DNA of 25,974 nucleotides from a virus (taxonomy: Duplodnaviria; Caudoviricetes), in IMG/VR virus record IMGVR_UViG_3300020042_002832, positions 1-25,974 of that record; one strand, 5' to 3'. This document shows positions 1-8,287 of the stretch, piece after piece. The stretch's first letter is position 1; every line of letters begins with the position of its first letter. The notes beneath the pieces were generated by a model. It saw nothing but the letters and a program-made list of their open reading frames with translations, was not told where the DNA came from and did not search any database. Position numbers and translations under genes: made by a program.

Positions 1-58
1 GCTCAATAGTTAGCTCTTCAATTCTGTTGGGGATCTCCCTTCCTAAAATAGTTACCAT
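1..58 (-). CDS. 5' part of a leftward gene (MVTILGREIPNRIEELTIE...), possibly tail assembly chaperone-like; truncated by window edge
   Basis: ATG at 58-56 on the - strand, open to the window edge; A-rich leader and TATATTTG element (80-73) upstream. Confidence 0.55.
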   Translation of the reverse strand, partial: MVTILGREIPNRIEELTIE

Positions 59-71
59 AGTTAATTTTTTT

Positions 72-103
72 ACAAATATATGAATAATTATAATATAGGT
101 ATG
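72..103 (+). promoter_or_regulatory. Putative phage late promoter, copy 1 (ACA-N16-TAATATAGGTA)
   Basis: Same bipartite motif with identical spacing at 2674-2705, 17005-17036 and 19138-19167. Confidence 0.7.
73..80 (-). promoter_or_regulatory. Bacteroidota housekeeping-type promoter -7 element (TATATTTG), leftward
   Basis: CAAATATA on the + strand equals TATATTTG on the - strand, 14 nt before the ATG at 58. Confidence 0.55.
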
Positions 104-1060
104 GCTAAAGATAATTTACCTGTTTACAAAATTACAATAGATCCTGAATACTCTGAAAATGGTGAGGACTTGGGTATAGAGCAAATTGCTTTTACATCCA
201 CTCCTGCTATCAAAGTAATGGGTATGGCTTTCAATAGCCAGGTTAAGCCTATGATCTTTACAGATGATATTAAGTATCGCATAGTAGCACCTGCTCTTAT
301 ACCTATGGAGATCTATAGAAAGGATGATGAGGATGGTAAAGAGTACTATGTTAAGTTTACTATAGAAGAGATAGAGAAGATACATTCAAAGTTTATGAAG
401 GACATGTCTAACAAAGACTTGTTTAACCTAGAGCATGATACAGATAATACTGTACCTGCTTATGTACTTGAGGCATGGATAGTAGATACACCCAAAGAGG
501 ATAAGGCTTATTCTAGTTTTGGCATTGAGGTACCTGAAGGCACACTAATGGTAACAGCCCAGGTAACAGATAAAGAATACTATGCTCAACTGGTAGCAGA
601 TGGGCAGGTAGGTTTCAGCATAGAGGGATATCTAGGCATGAAGCTCAAAGAACAGCAACAACTAAAATTAAATAATATGAACAAGTTACCTGATGGTGAA
701 CACTTAATTGACGGCAAGATCTACGTTGTAGTTGATGGTGAAATCACTGAAATTAGAGAAAAAGAAGAGGAAGTAGTAGTAGAAGAAAAAGCAATGTCTG
801 ATACTGTAGTAGAAGAGGAAGTAGTAGAAGAGGAAGAAATGGCTGTAGATCCTGCATTAGATGCAGAGGCTATCTTAGAGATAGTACGCCCATTTATTAC
901 TGAGCAAGTTGATGCACTTGTGGCTATGATAGCTGATTTAAAAAATCAATTTGAAGAGTCTCTAGTAGTTGATACAGAAGAGGAGGTAGTTGAGGAGGTT
1001 GTAGCGTTAAGCGTACAACAAAAATTAAGTATGTTTAATAAATTTAACAATAACAAATAA
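101..1060 (+). CDS. Prohead protease (XkdF-like) fused to acidic scaffold domain
   Basis: Motifs IAFTSTPAI, FNLEHD, EAWIV, PEGTLM, GFSIEG typical of XkdF-like phage proteases; Glu/Val-rich C-terminus; directly upstream of the capsid gene. Start 101 preferred over 80 because it follows the promoter motif. Confidence 0.75.
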   Translation: MAKDNLPVYKITIDPEYSENGEDLGIEQIAFTSTPAIKVMGMAFNSQVKPMIFTDDIKYRIVAPALIPMEIYRKDDEDGKEYYVKFTIEEIEKIHSKFMKDMSNKDLFNLEHDTDNTVPAYVLEAWIVDTPKEDKAYSSFGIEVPEGTLMVTAQVTDKEYYAQLVADGQVGFSIEGYLGMKLKEQQQLKLNNMNKLPDGEHLIDGKIYVVVDGEITEIREKEEEVVVEEKAMSDTVVEEEVVEEEEMAVDPALDAEAILEIVRPFITEQVDALVAMIADLKNQFEESLVVDTEEEVVEEVVALSVQQKLSMFNKFNNNK

Positions 1061-1068
1061 AAAACAAA

Positions 1069-2025
1069 ATGAGAAAACTAAGATTTGATTTAACAATCGA
1101 CCCGAGTGCAGCTCTTGCACCCAACGCTGATGCTTTTTATGCTCAAGCTTACCTAGGAGGTAGTGAGATAGCAGACAACTTTCGTACTTTACCAGGTATT
1201 AAGTATAAAACTAAAATTGGTACAGTTACTTTTGGTACAGGCTTGCTAGCTGCATCCCCTTGTAACTTCCCTAACCTTAACACTGATGATTTAAGCTCAG
1301 TAGAAGTAGACGTTTGTGCTCTTTCTGCTATGGCTCAGGTTTGTCAGTTTGACTTAGAGCAGTCTTTTGTATCTTTACAAATGGCAGCAGGTTCAAACGG
1401 TGATTTCACTGTAGCTAACTTCTTTAACTTCTACTGGTCTGAAATGGCAAACGCTATTGCAGGACAAATTGAGTCTTTAAGATGGCAAGGTGATACAACT
1501 TCCGTTAACCCACAACTTGCTTTATGTGATGGTTATGAGGTTTTACTTGGTAATGGTCTTACTCCTGGTCCTGGAATTGATCCTGTTATCTCAGGTGGTA
1601 CAGGTGCTATCACTACATTCTCAGGTGTTGGTGGATTAGGTGCAAAATTAGAAGCTGCTTTTGCTTTGGTTCCTGCAGCTATTGCTTCACGTACTGCTGA
1701 CTTGCGTATCTACATGCCTACTCAATTGGTTAATATCTACCGTTTAGGTGTAGCTACAGGTAACACTAATGCATTTATCACTCAGGACCTATCTTTGACT
1801 TACTTAGGTATTAAGATTGTACTTTGTCCAGGGATGTCAAATAATACTTTTGTAATCACTTTAAAGGATAATTTACTTTTTGCTTTTGATGGTGAAGGTG
1901 ACTCTTCTGATTTACGTGCTGTAAACTTAGCAGATACAGTTGCTGAGCCAATTATCAGAACACGTGCTAACATGAAGGTAGGATTTAACTATGTTAATCC
2001 AGGTGATATCGTTTACTATTCTTAA
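1069..2025 (+). CDS. Major capsid protein
   Basis: 318 aa after the protease/scaffold gene; codon bias suggesting high expression; WQGDT...CDG motif; followed by a hairpin. Confidence 0.75.
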   Translation: MRKLRFDLTIDPSAALAPNADAFYAQAYLGGSEIADNFRTLPGIKYKTKIGTVTFGTGLLAASPCNFPNLNTDDLSSVEVDVCALSAMAQVCQFDLEQSFVSLQMAAGSNGDFTVANFFNFYWSEMANAIAGQIESLRWQGDTTSVNPQLALCDGYEVLLGNGLTPGPGIDPVISGGTGAITTFSGVGGLGAKLEAAFALVPAAIASRTADLRIYMPTQLVNIYRLGVATGNTNAFITQDLSLTYLGIKIVLCPGMSNNTFVITLKDNLLFAFDGEGDSSDLRAVNLADTVAEPIIRTRANMKVGFNYVNPGDIVYYS

Positions 2026-2034
2026 TATTAATTC

Positions 2035-2058
2035 ATAGAGGGGGGCAACCCCCTTTAT
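2035..2058 (+). terminator. GC-rich hairpin with GCAA tetraloop (weak terminator or mRNA stabiliser)
   Basis: ATAGAGGGGG-GCAA-CCCCCTTTAT, short U tail. Confidence 0.6.
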
Positions 2059-2073
2059 ATAAAACTTAAACAC

Positions 2074-2616
2074 ATGCCAACATGTCAAGCCCTCGAGGCA
2101 ATCTTAAAATCATGCGATAATAACAGTGGGGGTATCTATGGAATATGGATTAACCAACAAGATGAAATCGCATCTATCACTCCAGCAGATCCATCTGCAG
2201 GGGCAGGATGGTCTATCACAGCTATCACTTTACAGGCTAGCCCTGTATTATTTGAGAACTACTACATCCGTAGAAATACATCTAGTTTCACAGAAGAGGC
2301 TGCTATTGATTTAATCAATGGTTCATCTTTTGTTACTTCTACTATTAACTTAATGTTTCAAAGACGAGAAGCTGCTAAGTCTAGATCTATCAAAATTTTA
2401 GGATCAGGACAGCAGTATCTTACTGCAATAGTATTAGATGCAAATGGTCTTTATTGGTACTTCCCATACTTACAAGTTACAGGTGTAGCTGAAGGATCAG
2501 GTACTGCTAGAGCAGATGGTTCTAAATATGCCGTTACTTTGCTAGGTGAAAATGAATATCTAGCTTATGAGGTCAATATGACTGCAGGTGCTTTAGCTGC
2601 TATCGGAGTATCTTAA
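2074..2616 (+). CDS. Putative major tail (tube) protein
   Basis: 180 aa, N-terminal C-x9-C..GGI motif, beta-rich pattern, GSGTARADGSKY, co-transcribed with the capsid gene. Confidence 0.55.
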   Translation: MPTCQALEAILKSCDNNSGGIYGIWINQQDEIASITPADPSAGAGWSITAITLQASPVLFENYYIRRNTSSFTEEAAIDLINGSSFVTSTINLMFQRREAAKSRSIKILGSGQQYLTAIVLDANGLYWYFPYLQVTGVAEGSGTARADGSKYAVTLLGENEYLAYEVNMTAGALAAIGVS

Positions 2617-2638
2617 TAGACTTAACACTATCAAAATT

Positions 2639-2665
2639 AGCCCTGCATATTGTGGGGCTTTTTTT
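2639..2665 (+). terminator. Intrinsic terminator
   Basis: AGCCCTGCA-tat-TGTGGGGCT followed by a T run. Confidence 0.85.
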
Positions 2666-2673
2666 ATTTCTAA

Positions 2674-2705
2674 ACATTTGACTAACATCATATAATATAG
2701 GTATG
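2674..2705 (+). promoter_or_regulatory. Putative phage late promoter, copy 2
   Basis: ACA...TATAATATAGGTATG; the 15-mer is identical to 89-103; sits directly after a terminator. Confidence 0.7.
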
Positions 2706-3053
2706 ATATACATTGAACAGGGAACTATTAACCAGGTAGTGCTAACCTTAACAGAGGTTACTACTGTACCTACCCCTCATTATCTATTTGCTTTCACTAA
2801 TGAAATGAATACTCTATCAGTTACTCAGCTATTTACTACTGCAGATATTAGCTTATACCCTGAAAGATACAATTTTTTTGTACTTGATGAGCCTGTAGAT
2901 ATTATTTTAAAACAAGGGCAGTTTATTTATCAAATATATCAGAGCTCAGTACCCTATGTACTACCTTTAACTATTGCACAGTCCACAGGAGTGGTGATAG
3001 AAGAGGGTAGAATGGTGGTAAGTGGGCCAGTAGGAACTTCAATATATGATTAA
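2703..3053 (+). CDS. Hypothetical virion structural protein
   Basis: 116 aa ORF between tail tube and portal genes. Confidence 0.6.
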   Translation: MIYIEQGTINQVVLTLTEVTTVPTPHYLFAFTNEMNTLSVTQLFTTADISLYPERYNFFVLDEPVDIILKQGQFIYQIYQSSVPYVLPLTIAQSTGVVIEEGRMVVSGPVGTSIYD

Positions 3054-3055
3054 TT

Positions 3056-4393
3056 ATGGCATGGTATAGTAACTTTTTTAAGAAAGAGAGCACAGCTCCA
3101 GAAGTGGTAGAGGGCTATCAATCTTTTAGCACCCCTTTTCTACCGGTAGGTAAAGGTAACTTAACACTACCTTATGTAAATGGTAGGTACTCTACCAATA
3201 TGTGGGTGAGATTTGGTGCAGATAATCTCTATCCTGAAATGCTTAATCAAATGTATTTTTCTAGCCCATTACATGGTGCCATAGTAGATTACAAAACTAA
3301 TGCAGTTATCGGTGGTGGCTTTGCTTTGGCAACTGATAAACTAACTACTCCTGAGAAGCTAGAGCTATACATGTTTGAAAGAAAAATTAAAATAAGACAA
3401 ACAGTAAAGGCTGTAACACGTCAATTAATTGTGCACAATAGGATCTATTTTAAACTTTGCTTTGACAGCACTAAGAAATTAGTTAAGATAGAGAATGTAT
3501 CACCTGAGAAAGTAAGAATATCTAGGTATAAAGATATGTACTATCTATGTGAAGATTGGAGTACTAATATAGATGTAAGAGAAATCAAACCTTACCACGT
3601 TACATGCTCAGACTATGAGCAACTTTATTGCTATGAGATAAAATCACTAGGGCAGGATTACTACAGCCTACCACAATATACCTCAGCTTTAAACTTTGCT
3701 TTTTTATCAGGTGAGCTTAGCTACTTTGCAAAAAGTAATATACAAAATAGTGTATTCCCATCCTTTGCTATGATGTTCCCTAAGAGACCACAGTCTGAGG
3801 AGGAGAAGCACATGATTAAAGAAACTATCGACAGGTTAAAAGGTGCTGCTAATGCAGGGAAGGCTGTTGCTTTCTTTGCTAATAGCCAGGATCAGTTACC
3901 TAAGATAGAAGCTTTACCTAATAATGGTAATGATAGTCTCTTTCAGGAAGCCTCACAACTTAACACAGAGCAGATTTGCTTTGCTCACACTATAGATCCT
4001 ATCTTAATGGGAGTAAGAACCACAGGATCCCTAGGAGGTGGTGCAGATATTAAGCAGGCTTATGTAATATTTGAAAAGAATGTAGTAATGGAGCTTAGAT
4101 CATGTATACAGCATATCTTTAATGAGCTATTAACCATCTCAAAAATACCTGCAGAATTTACTATCAATAACTTCCAGATAATTAATGAGTCCATCGTAGA
4201 ACTAGAAGCTGAAAGCTCCAAAGTAAATGATGCAATTAACTCACTAAGCCCATTGGTAGCTAACAAAGTATTAGAGACTATGACTATTAATGAGGTCAGA
4301 GCTTTGGCTTCCCTTCCTCCTATAGAAGGTGGTGATATGACTCAGAGTGCAGCAGCTGCTATAGTAGTAACCCCAACAACAACCCCTGTATAA
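3056..4393 (+). CDS. Portal protein
   Basis: 445 aa; FGADNLYP, SPLHGAIV..K, YYSLPQY, GAANAGK, ICFAHTIDPILMG and MTINEVRAL motifs characteristic of phage portals. Confidence 0.85.
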   Translation: MAWYSNFFKKESTAPEVVEGYQSFSTPFLPVGKGNLTLPYVNGRYSTNMWVRFGADNLYPEMLNQMYFSSPLHGAIVDYKTNAVIGGGFALATDKLTTPEKLELYMFERKIKIRQTVKAVTRQLIVHNRIYFKLCFDSTKKLVKIENVSPEKVRISRYKDMYYLCEDWSTNIDVREIKPYHVTCSDYEQLYCYEIKSLGQDYYSLPQYTSALNFAFLSGELSYFAKSNIQNSVFPSFAMMFPKRPQSEEEKHMIKETIDRLKGAANAGKAVAFFANSQDQLPKIEALPNNGNDSLFQEASQLNTEQICFAHTIDPILMGVRTTGSLGGGADIKQAYVIFEKNVVMELRSCIQHIFNELLTISKIPAEFTINNFQIINESIVELEAESSKVNDAINSLSPLVANKVLETMTINEVRALASLPPIEGGDMTQSAAAAIVVTPTTTPV

Positions 4394-4959
4394 TGCTATA
4401 TTTCATCACAGAAACTTACCTTAAGGTTAATACACCCATCACTGCTAATGTGGATGTAACAGATCTAACACCTTATGTAGCTACTCAGGCAGCCTTAAGA
4501 GTACAGCCTATTTTAGGTACTACTTTCTATAATTATTTGCTTACTCAGTATAATAACCAGGCACTACTTCCTGATGAGGTAGATCTAGTGGAGTTTATAC
4601 AGCCAGTAATAGCATGGAGAAGTGCTGAGGATGCTGTCTTTGGCTTGACTTACCAACTTAAGAATAAAGGAATACAAACACAGTCAGGTGATTACTCTGC
4701 TAGTGTATCACGTAATGAGGTGGCCTTTGGAATGGAGCACTATGCACAGAAGGCTAGTTTCTTTGAGCAAAGATTAATCAGATGGTTACTTGCTAACAAA
4801 AATCTATTCCCTCTGTTCATATCTACCACTAACATGGATACAGATCTACGGCCTATGTTTAATAACTGTAGCTGTATCAATCAATTTCAGAGTGTATGCA
4901 CTGGCATGTGTGGTAACCTTAGAGAAAATGGATATAACAACGCTATTCTAATCTTATGA
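4393..4959 (+). CDS. Putative head-tail connector/adaptor protein
   Basis: 188 aa helical protein coupled to the portal gene; VQPILGTTFY motif. Confidence 0.55.
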   Translation: MLYFITETYLKVNTPITANVDVTDLTPYVATQAALRVQPILGTTFYNYLLTQYNNQALLPDEVDLVEFIQPVIAWRSAEDAVFGLTYQLKNKGIQTQSGDYSASVSRNEVAFGMEHYAQKASFFEQRLIRWLLANKNLFPLFISTTNMDTDLRPMFNNCSCINQFQSVCTGMCGNLRENGYNNAILIL

Positions 4960-5447
4960 GACTACAGTTAGCCATCTTATTAGCCTCAATAAAACAATAT
5001 ATATTACAATTATTAACAGTGATAGGAGCTTTCTTTTTACCTATATCAGGAATATTATTTTTAATTGGTTTTGCTATAGTACTAGACACCATTACAGGTG
5101 TATGGAAGGCTAAGAAATTAAAGATACCAATTACATCACGTGGCCTATCTGCTATCATCTCTAAATTAATGCTTTATGAGGTGGCTGTTATTGGTTTCTA
5201 CCTGATAGATTATTTTATTCTTAATGATATTATCATGAAGTTTTTTTCTGTACCATTAATGCTCACCAAAATTCTATCTTTAGTACTTTGTAGTATAGAG
5301 GTTATCTCTATCTCAGAAAATTACAAGGCTGTAAAAGGCATAGATATATGGTCAGCATTTAAGCAGTTACTTAGGAGATCAAAAGAAATTAAACAAGATA
5401 TAGATGGAGTTAGATATAAGCAAGATAATTCAGCACCGATTATCTAA
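4956..5447 (+). CDS. Holin (Phage_holin_4_1-like)
   Basis: Several hydrophobic segments, DTITGVWKA..ITSRGL and EVISISEN motifs; directly before the endolysin. Confidence 0.8.
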   Translation: MRLQLAILLASIKQYILQLLTVIGAFFLPISGILFLIGFAIVLDTITGVWKAKKLKIPITSRGLSAIISKLMLYEVAVIGFYLIDYFILNDIIMKFFSVPLMLTKILSLVLCSIEVISISENYKAVKGIDIWSAFKQLLRRSKEIKQDIDGVRYKQDNSAPII

Positions 5448-6051
5448 GGATCAATTTGTAGATGAGCTTACAGATAAAAGACAAATCTATTTACACCATA
5501 CAGCAGGTGGACCTGATGCAGTATCAGTAGCTAAATTTTTTAATCAGAAAGTAGGTAAGGTAGCCACTGCTTTTATAATTGGTTCTAAAGGCACAATAGT
5601 GCAATGCTTTAGCTCTAAAAATTGGGCTTATCATTTAGGACTTAAGCAAGAAGTATTTGAAGAGGCAGGGGTAACTTATAGGAGCCTTGATAGATTATCT
5701 GTAGGCATAGAGATCTGTAACTATGGACCACTTACCAAAAGAAATGGATACTACTATAACTATGTAGGTGGTAAAGTAGATTACACTCAGCTAACTATCT
5801 TAGACAAACCATACAAAGGGCACATCTATTGGCAAATGTACACAGATGCACAAATAGAGAGCACTAGACAGCTGCTAGTTTACCTTTGTAATCAGTATAA
5901 CATCCCTAAAGATTACTTTGCTACCATCTTTGATATTGATAAACGTGCTTTGAGGGGAGAAAGTGGTATATTTACACACAATAGTGTCAGAAAAGATAAA
6001 TCAGATATATACCCATGTCCTAGAATGATACAAATGCTACAGAATTTATGA
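5404..6051 (+). CDS. Endolysin, N-acetylmuramoyl-L-alanine amidase (Amidase_2)
   Basis: IYLHHTAG, WAYHLG, SVGIEIC, YTDAQIES, THNSV..K.D..P Zn-amidase motifs. Confidence 0.9.
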   Translation: MELDISKIIQHRLSKDQFVDELTDKRQIYLHHTAGGPDAVSVAKFFNQKVGKVATAFIIGSKGTIVQCFSSKNWAYHLGLKQEVFEEAGVTYRSLDRLSVGIEICNYGPLTKRNGYYYNYVGGKVDYTQLTILDKPYKGHIYWQMYTDAQIESTRQLLVYLCNQYNIPKDYFATIFDIDKRALRGESGIFTHNSVRKDKSDIYPCPRMIQMLQNL

Positions 6052-6503
6052 GATACATCCTACCAATTATAGCACTATGCCTGTTAGGCTCCTGCTCAGA
6101 TGCTAAAAAAGCACAATACCACTATAAGAAAGCTGTTAAGTTTGGCTTAAGCATAGCAAATGATACTATCAAAATTAATACTATAGATAGCTTTGCAGTG
6201 ATACGCAATGATACGCTTATATACGAAAAATTCATAACCACTAAAGATACTATTATACAGATCTTAGAGATGCCTAAGACCAGGTATCAGACCAGGATAG
6301 AATATAGGTATAAGACTAAGGTGCTAAAACAAGATGTGCTTAAGTATAAATACATATATAAGGAAGCTAAAGAGCAGCGTAAAGAGGTACAGCTAACTAA
6401 GGCCAAAACTAATTGGAGGTTATTCTTTTGGGGCTTTGGCTGTGGGATAGCTCTATTTTTTATCCTAAGACTGCTAGACAAATTATACAACCCTTTTAAA
6501 TAA
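6048..6503 (+). CDS. Lipoprotein, candidate unimolecular spanin
   Basis: Signal peptide with lipobox LGSC (Cys16) plus a C-terminal hydrophobic segment; follows holin and endolysin. Confidence 0.65.
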   Translation: MRYILPIIALCLLGSCSDAKKAQYHYKKAVKFGLSIANDTIKINTIDSFAVIRNDTLIYEKFITTKDTIIQILEMPKTRYQTRIEYRYKTKVLKQDVLKYKYIYKEAKEQRKEVQLTKAKTNWRLFFWGFGCGIALFFILRLLDKLYNPFK

Positions 6504-6507
6504 CTTT

Positions 6508-7383
6508 ATGATTAGACACTCAAAGAATGTTCACGAGCTTTCACTAGACGGCAGTGAAGTAAGGATAGCTATGCTTAGTGATTTGCACTGGGATAACCCT
6601 CACTGTGATAGAGATATGTTAAAGAGACACCTAGACTACTGCCTAAAAGAGGAGATACCTGTAATGATTAATGGTGATATGTTCTGCTTAATGCAGGGCA
6701 GGGGAGATAACAGGAGAAATAAATCTGATATTAGACCTGAGCACAATAATGCTATGTATTTAGACTCTATAGTTAACACAGCTGTGGAGTGGTTCCTACC
6801 CTATGCACATATCATTAAGCTAATAGGATACGGTAACCATGAGACAAGTATAATTAAATTTCAAGAGACTGATATCCTGCAGAGATTTGTAGATATTTTA
6901 AACTTTAAAGCAAAATCTAATATACAAGTAGGAGGATATGGTGGATGGTTAGTAGTTAAGCAAGCTTTTAGCCCTGGCAATACTACCTCTTTTACTACTA
7001 AGATCAAATACTTTCATGGATCAGGTGGTGGTGGTATAGTTACAAAAGGTGCAATCAATTTAACCAGGGCCCTAGAAACTTATGAGAACTTTGATGTTTT
7101 TACAATGGGCCATATCCATGAAAATTCATGCAGAAATGATGTGAGAGATACATTAGAAAAGCATTCTGTAACAGGTTACACACTTAAGCAAAAACAATTA
7201 CATTTAATGCTCACAGGAACTTATAAGGAAGAGTACGGTGATGGATCTTATGGATGGCATGTTGAACGTGGAGCTCCCATTAAGCCATTAGGTGGTAGGA
7301 TACTTACTATAAAATGTGGTAGAGAGACTACAGGAGATAGAAAATGTATAAAATTTATTGATAGTCACAAATTTAATTTGTAA
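6508..7383 (+). CDS. Calcineurin-like metallophosphoesterase
   Basis: SDLHWD, NGD, GNHE, FHG and GHIH metal-binding motifs. Confidence 0.85.
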   Translation: MIRHSKNVHELSLDGSEVRIAMLSDLHWDNPHCDRDMLKRHLDYCLKEEIPVMINGDMFCLMQGRGDNRRNKSDIRPEHNNAMYLDSIVNTAVEWFLPYAHIIKLIGYGNHETSIIKFQETDILQRFVDILNFKAKSNIQVGGYGGWLVVKQAFSPGNTTSFTTKIKYFHGSGGGGIVTKGAINLTRALETYENFDVFTMGHIHENSCRNDVRDTLEKHSVTGYTLKQKQLHLMLTGTYKEEYGDGSYGWHVERGAPIKPLGGRILTIKCGRETTGDRKCIKFIDSHKFNL

Positions 7384-7388
7384 GTTTG
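7358..7388 (+). promoter_or_regulatory. Host-type promoter (TTG...TAAGTTTG) for the candidate sRNA
   Basis: TTG 7358-7360, 20-nt spacer, TAAGTTTG 7381-7388. Confidence 0.55.
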
Positions 7389-7390
7389 CA

Positions 7391-7465
7391 CTAGGTTAAT
7401 ACGCCCAATGTGTTGCCTAAGCCCCTCTGCATCTTTGGTTAGTTTGGCAGGGGGGTATTTTTTTT
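7391..7465 (+). ncRNA. Candidate small antisense RNA (two hairpins, the second an intrinsic terminator with a 16-nt loop)
   Basis: Own promoter; loop segment TTTGGTTAGTTT (7434-7445) is the reverse complement of 7621-7632 and, over 11 nt, of 13995-14005. Confidence 0.5.
7421..7465 (+). terminator. Intrinsic terminator ending the lysis/phosphoesterase operon
   Basis: GCCCCTCTGC / GCAGGGGGGT stem followed by T8. Confidence 0.85.
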
Positions 7466-7540
7466 GCCAAGATTTGTGACAGGAATGTCAAGTATATTTA
7501 AGGTTATCATGTATAAATTCAGGCTATTCCTTTACATTCC

Positions 7541-7563
7541 TTATTTAGAATGATTATAAATTA
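7541..7563. promoter_or_regulatory. AT-rich palindromic operator-like site
   Basis: TTATTTAGAAT-G-ATTATAAATTA, 9 of 11 positions dyad-symmetric, just upstream of the early promoter. Confidence 0.4.
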
Positions 7564-7571
7564 CACTAAAG

Positions 7572-7604
7572 TTGTATACATTTAATTGTTTGTTCGTATA
7601 TTTG
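7572..7604 (+). promoter_or_regulatory. Early host-type promoter (TTG...TATATTTG)
   Basis: TATATTTG 7597-7604 matches the Bacteroidota TAnnTTTG consensus; precedes a cluster of small ORFs. Confidence 0.7.
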
Positions 7605-7632
7605 CTTCACTAACCAATTAAAACTAACCAAA

Positions 7633-7809
7633 ATGGAAACAAAACTAACAGCTGTTGAGTACCTACTCCAGCAAATTAACACCAACAAAGCCTTTACTGA
7701 CAAGCAATGGGAGAGTATCTGCGAATTAGCTCTTGCTATGGAGAGATCACAGTTAATATCTGCAGAAATTAAAGCAATTGATAACCTTTACAAAATTCAA
7801 AAGAAATGA
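7633..7809 (+). CDS. Small early hypothetical protein (58 aa, METKLTAVEYL...)
   Basis: Manually translated ORF, A-rich leader, ATGA overlap with the next ORF. Confidence 0.7.
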   Translation: METKLTAVEYLLQQINTNKAFTDKQWESICELALAMERSQLISAEIKAIDNLYKIQKK

Positions 7810-7943
7810 GAAAGAAACTAACCGACCTTATCTATTACTTTACACCCCTCACTGATGAGCATAGAGACATTTTAAGCACTGCTATGGTGTTTATATTGTT
7901 TTGGGTGAGTGTCTATACCTTAGCTTACATTACTAACCTTTAA
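7806..7943 (+). CDS. Small membrane protein (45 aa)
   Basis: Manually translated ORF with one C-terminal hydrophobic segment; ATGA coupling. Confidence 0.6.
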   Translation: MRKKLTDLIYYFTPLTDEHRDILSTAMVFILFWVSVYTLAYITNL

Positions 7944-7954
7944 AACGCTTTAAA

Positions 7955-8287
7955 ATGAACCTAGAAGATTTACAAGTAGAAAAGTACACAGCGTCCATTT
8001 GGTATGAGACCTATCACATTGAATTTATTCTTGATTTTGAGTGGTGCTTTACCTCATTTGATGAGGAAACTAATGAAACCACAGTAAGTATTTGGCTAGA
8101 TAAGGGTGAGCAGTGGTGTAACAACGTATGCCATCCCTACACACCTAATAAAGATGAGCTAAAAGAAATAATAACAGCTATTGAGGATAGCATCCTAGAA
8201 GATCCTGATAGATTTGATGTATGGCAGTGGCACATGGATAATAAAGAGTATCAGAACGAACTAAATAATGATAGAGATGATAGATAA
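7955..8287 (+). CDS. Highly acidic hypothetical early protein
   Basis: 110 aa, about 28 Asp/Glu versus about 8 Lys/Arg (manual count). Confidence 0.7.
   Translation: MNLEDLQVEKYTASIWYETYHIEFILDFEWCFTSFDEETNETTVSIWLDKGEQWCNNVCHPYTPNKDELKEIITAIEDSILEDPDRFDVWQWHMDNKEYQNELNNDRDDR

Noticed and set aside
760-1000. GAAGAGGAAGTAGTAG-like repeats
   Set aside because: Reflect the low-complexity Glu/Val scaffold sequence; not CRISPR or iterons
6300-6311. Fifth late-promoter copy (GAATATAGGTAT) inside the spanin gene
   Set aside because: Lacks the ACA element at the conserved spacing and has no adjacent start codon
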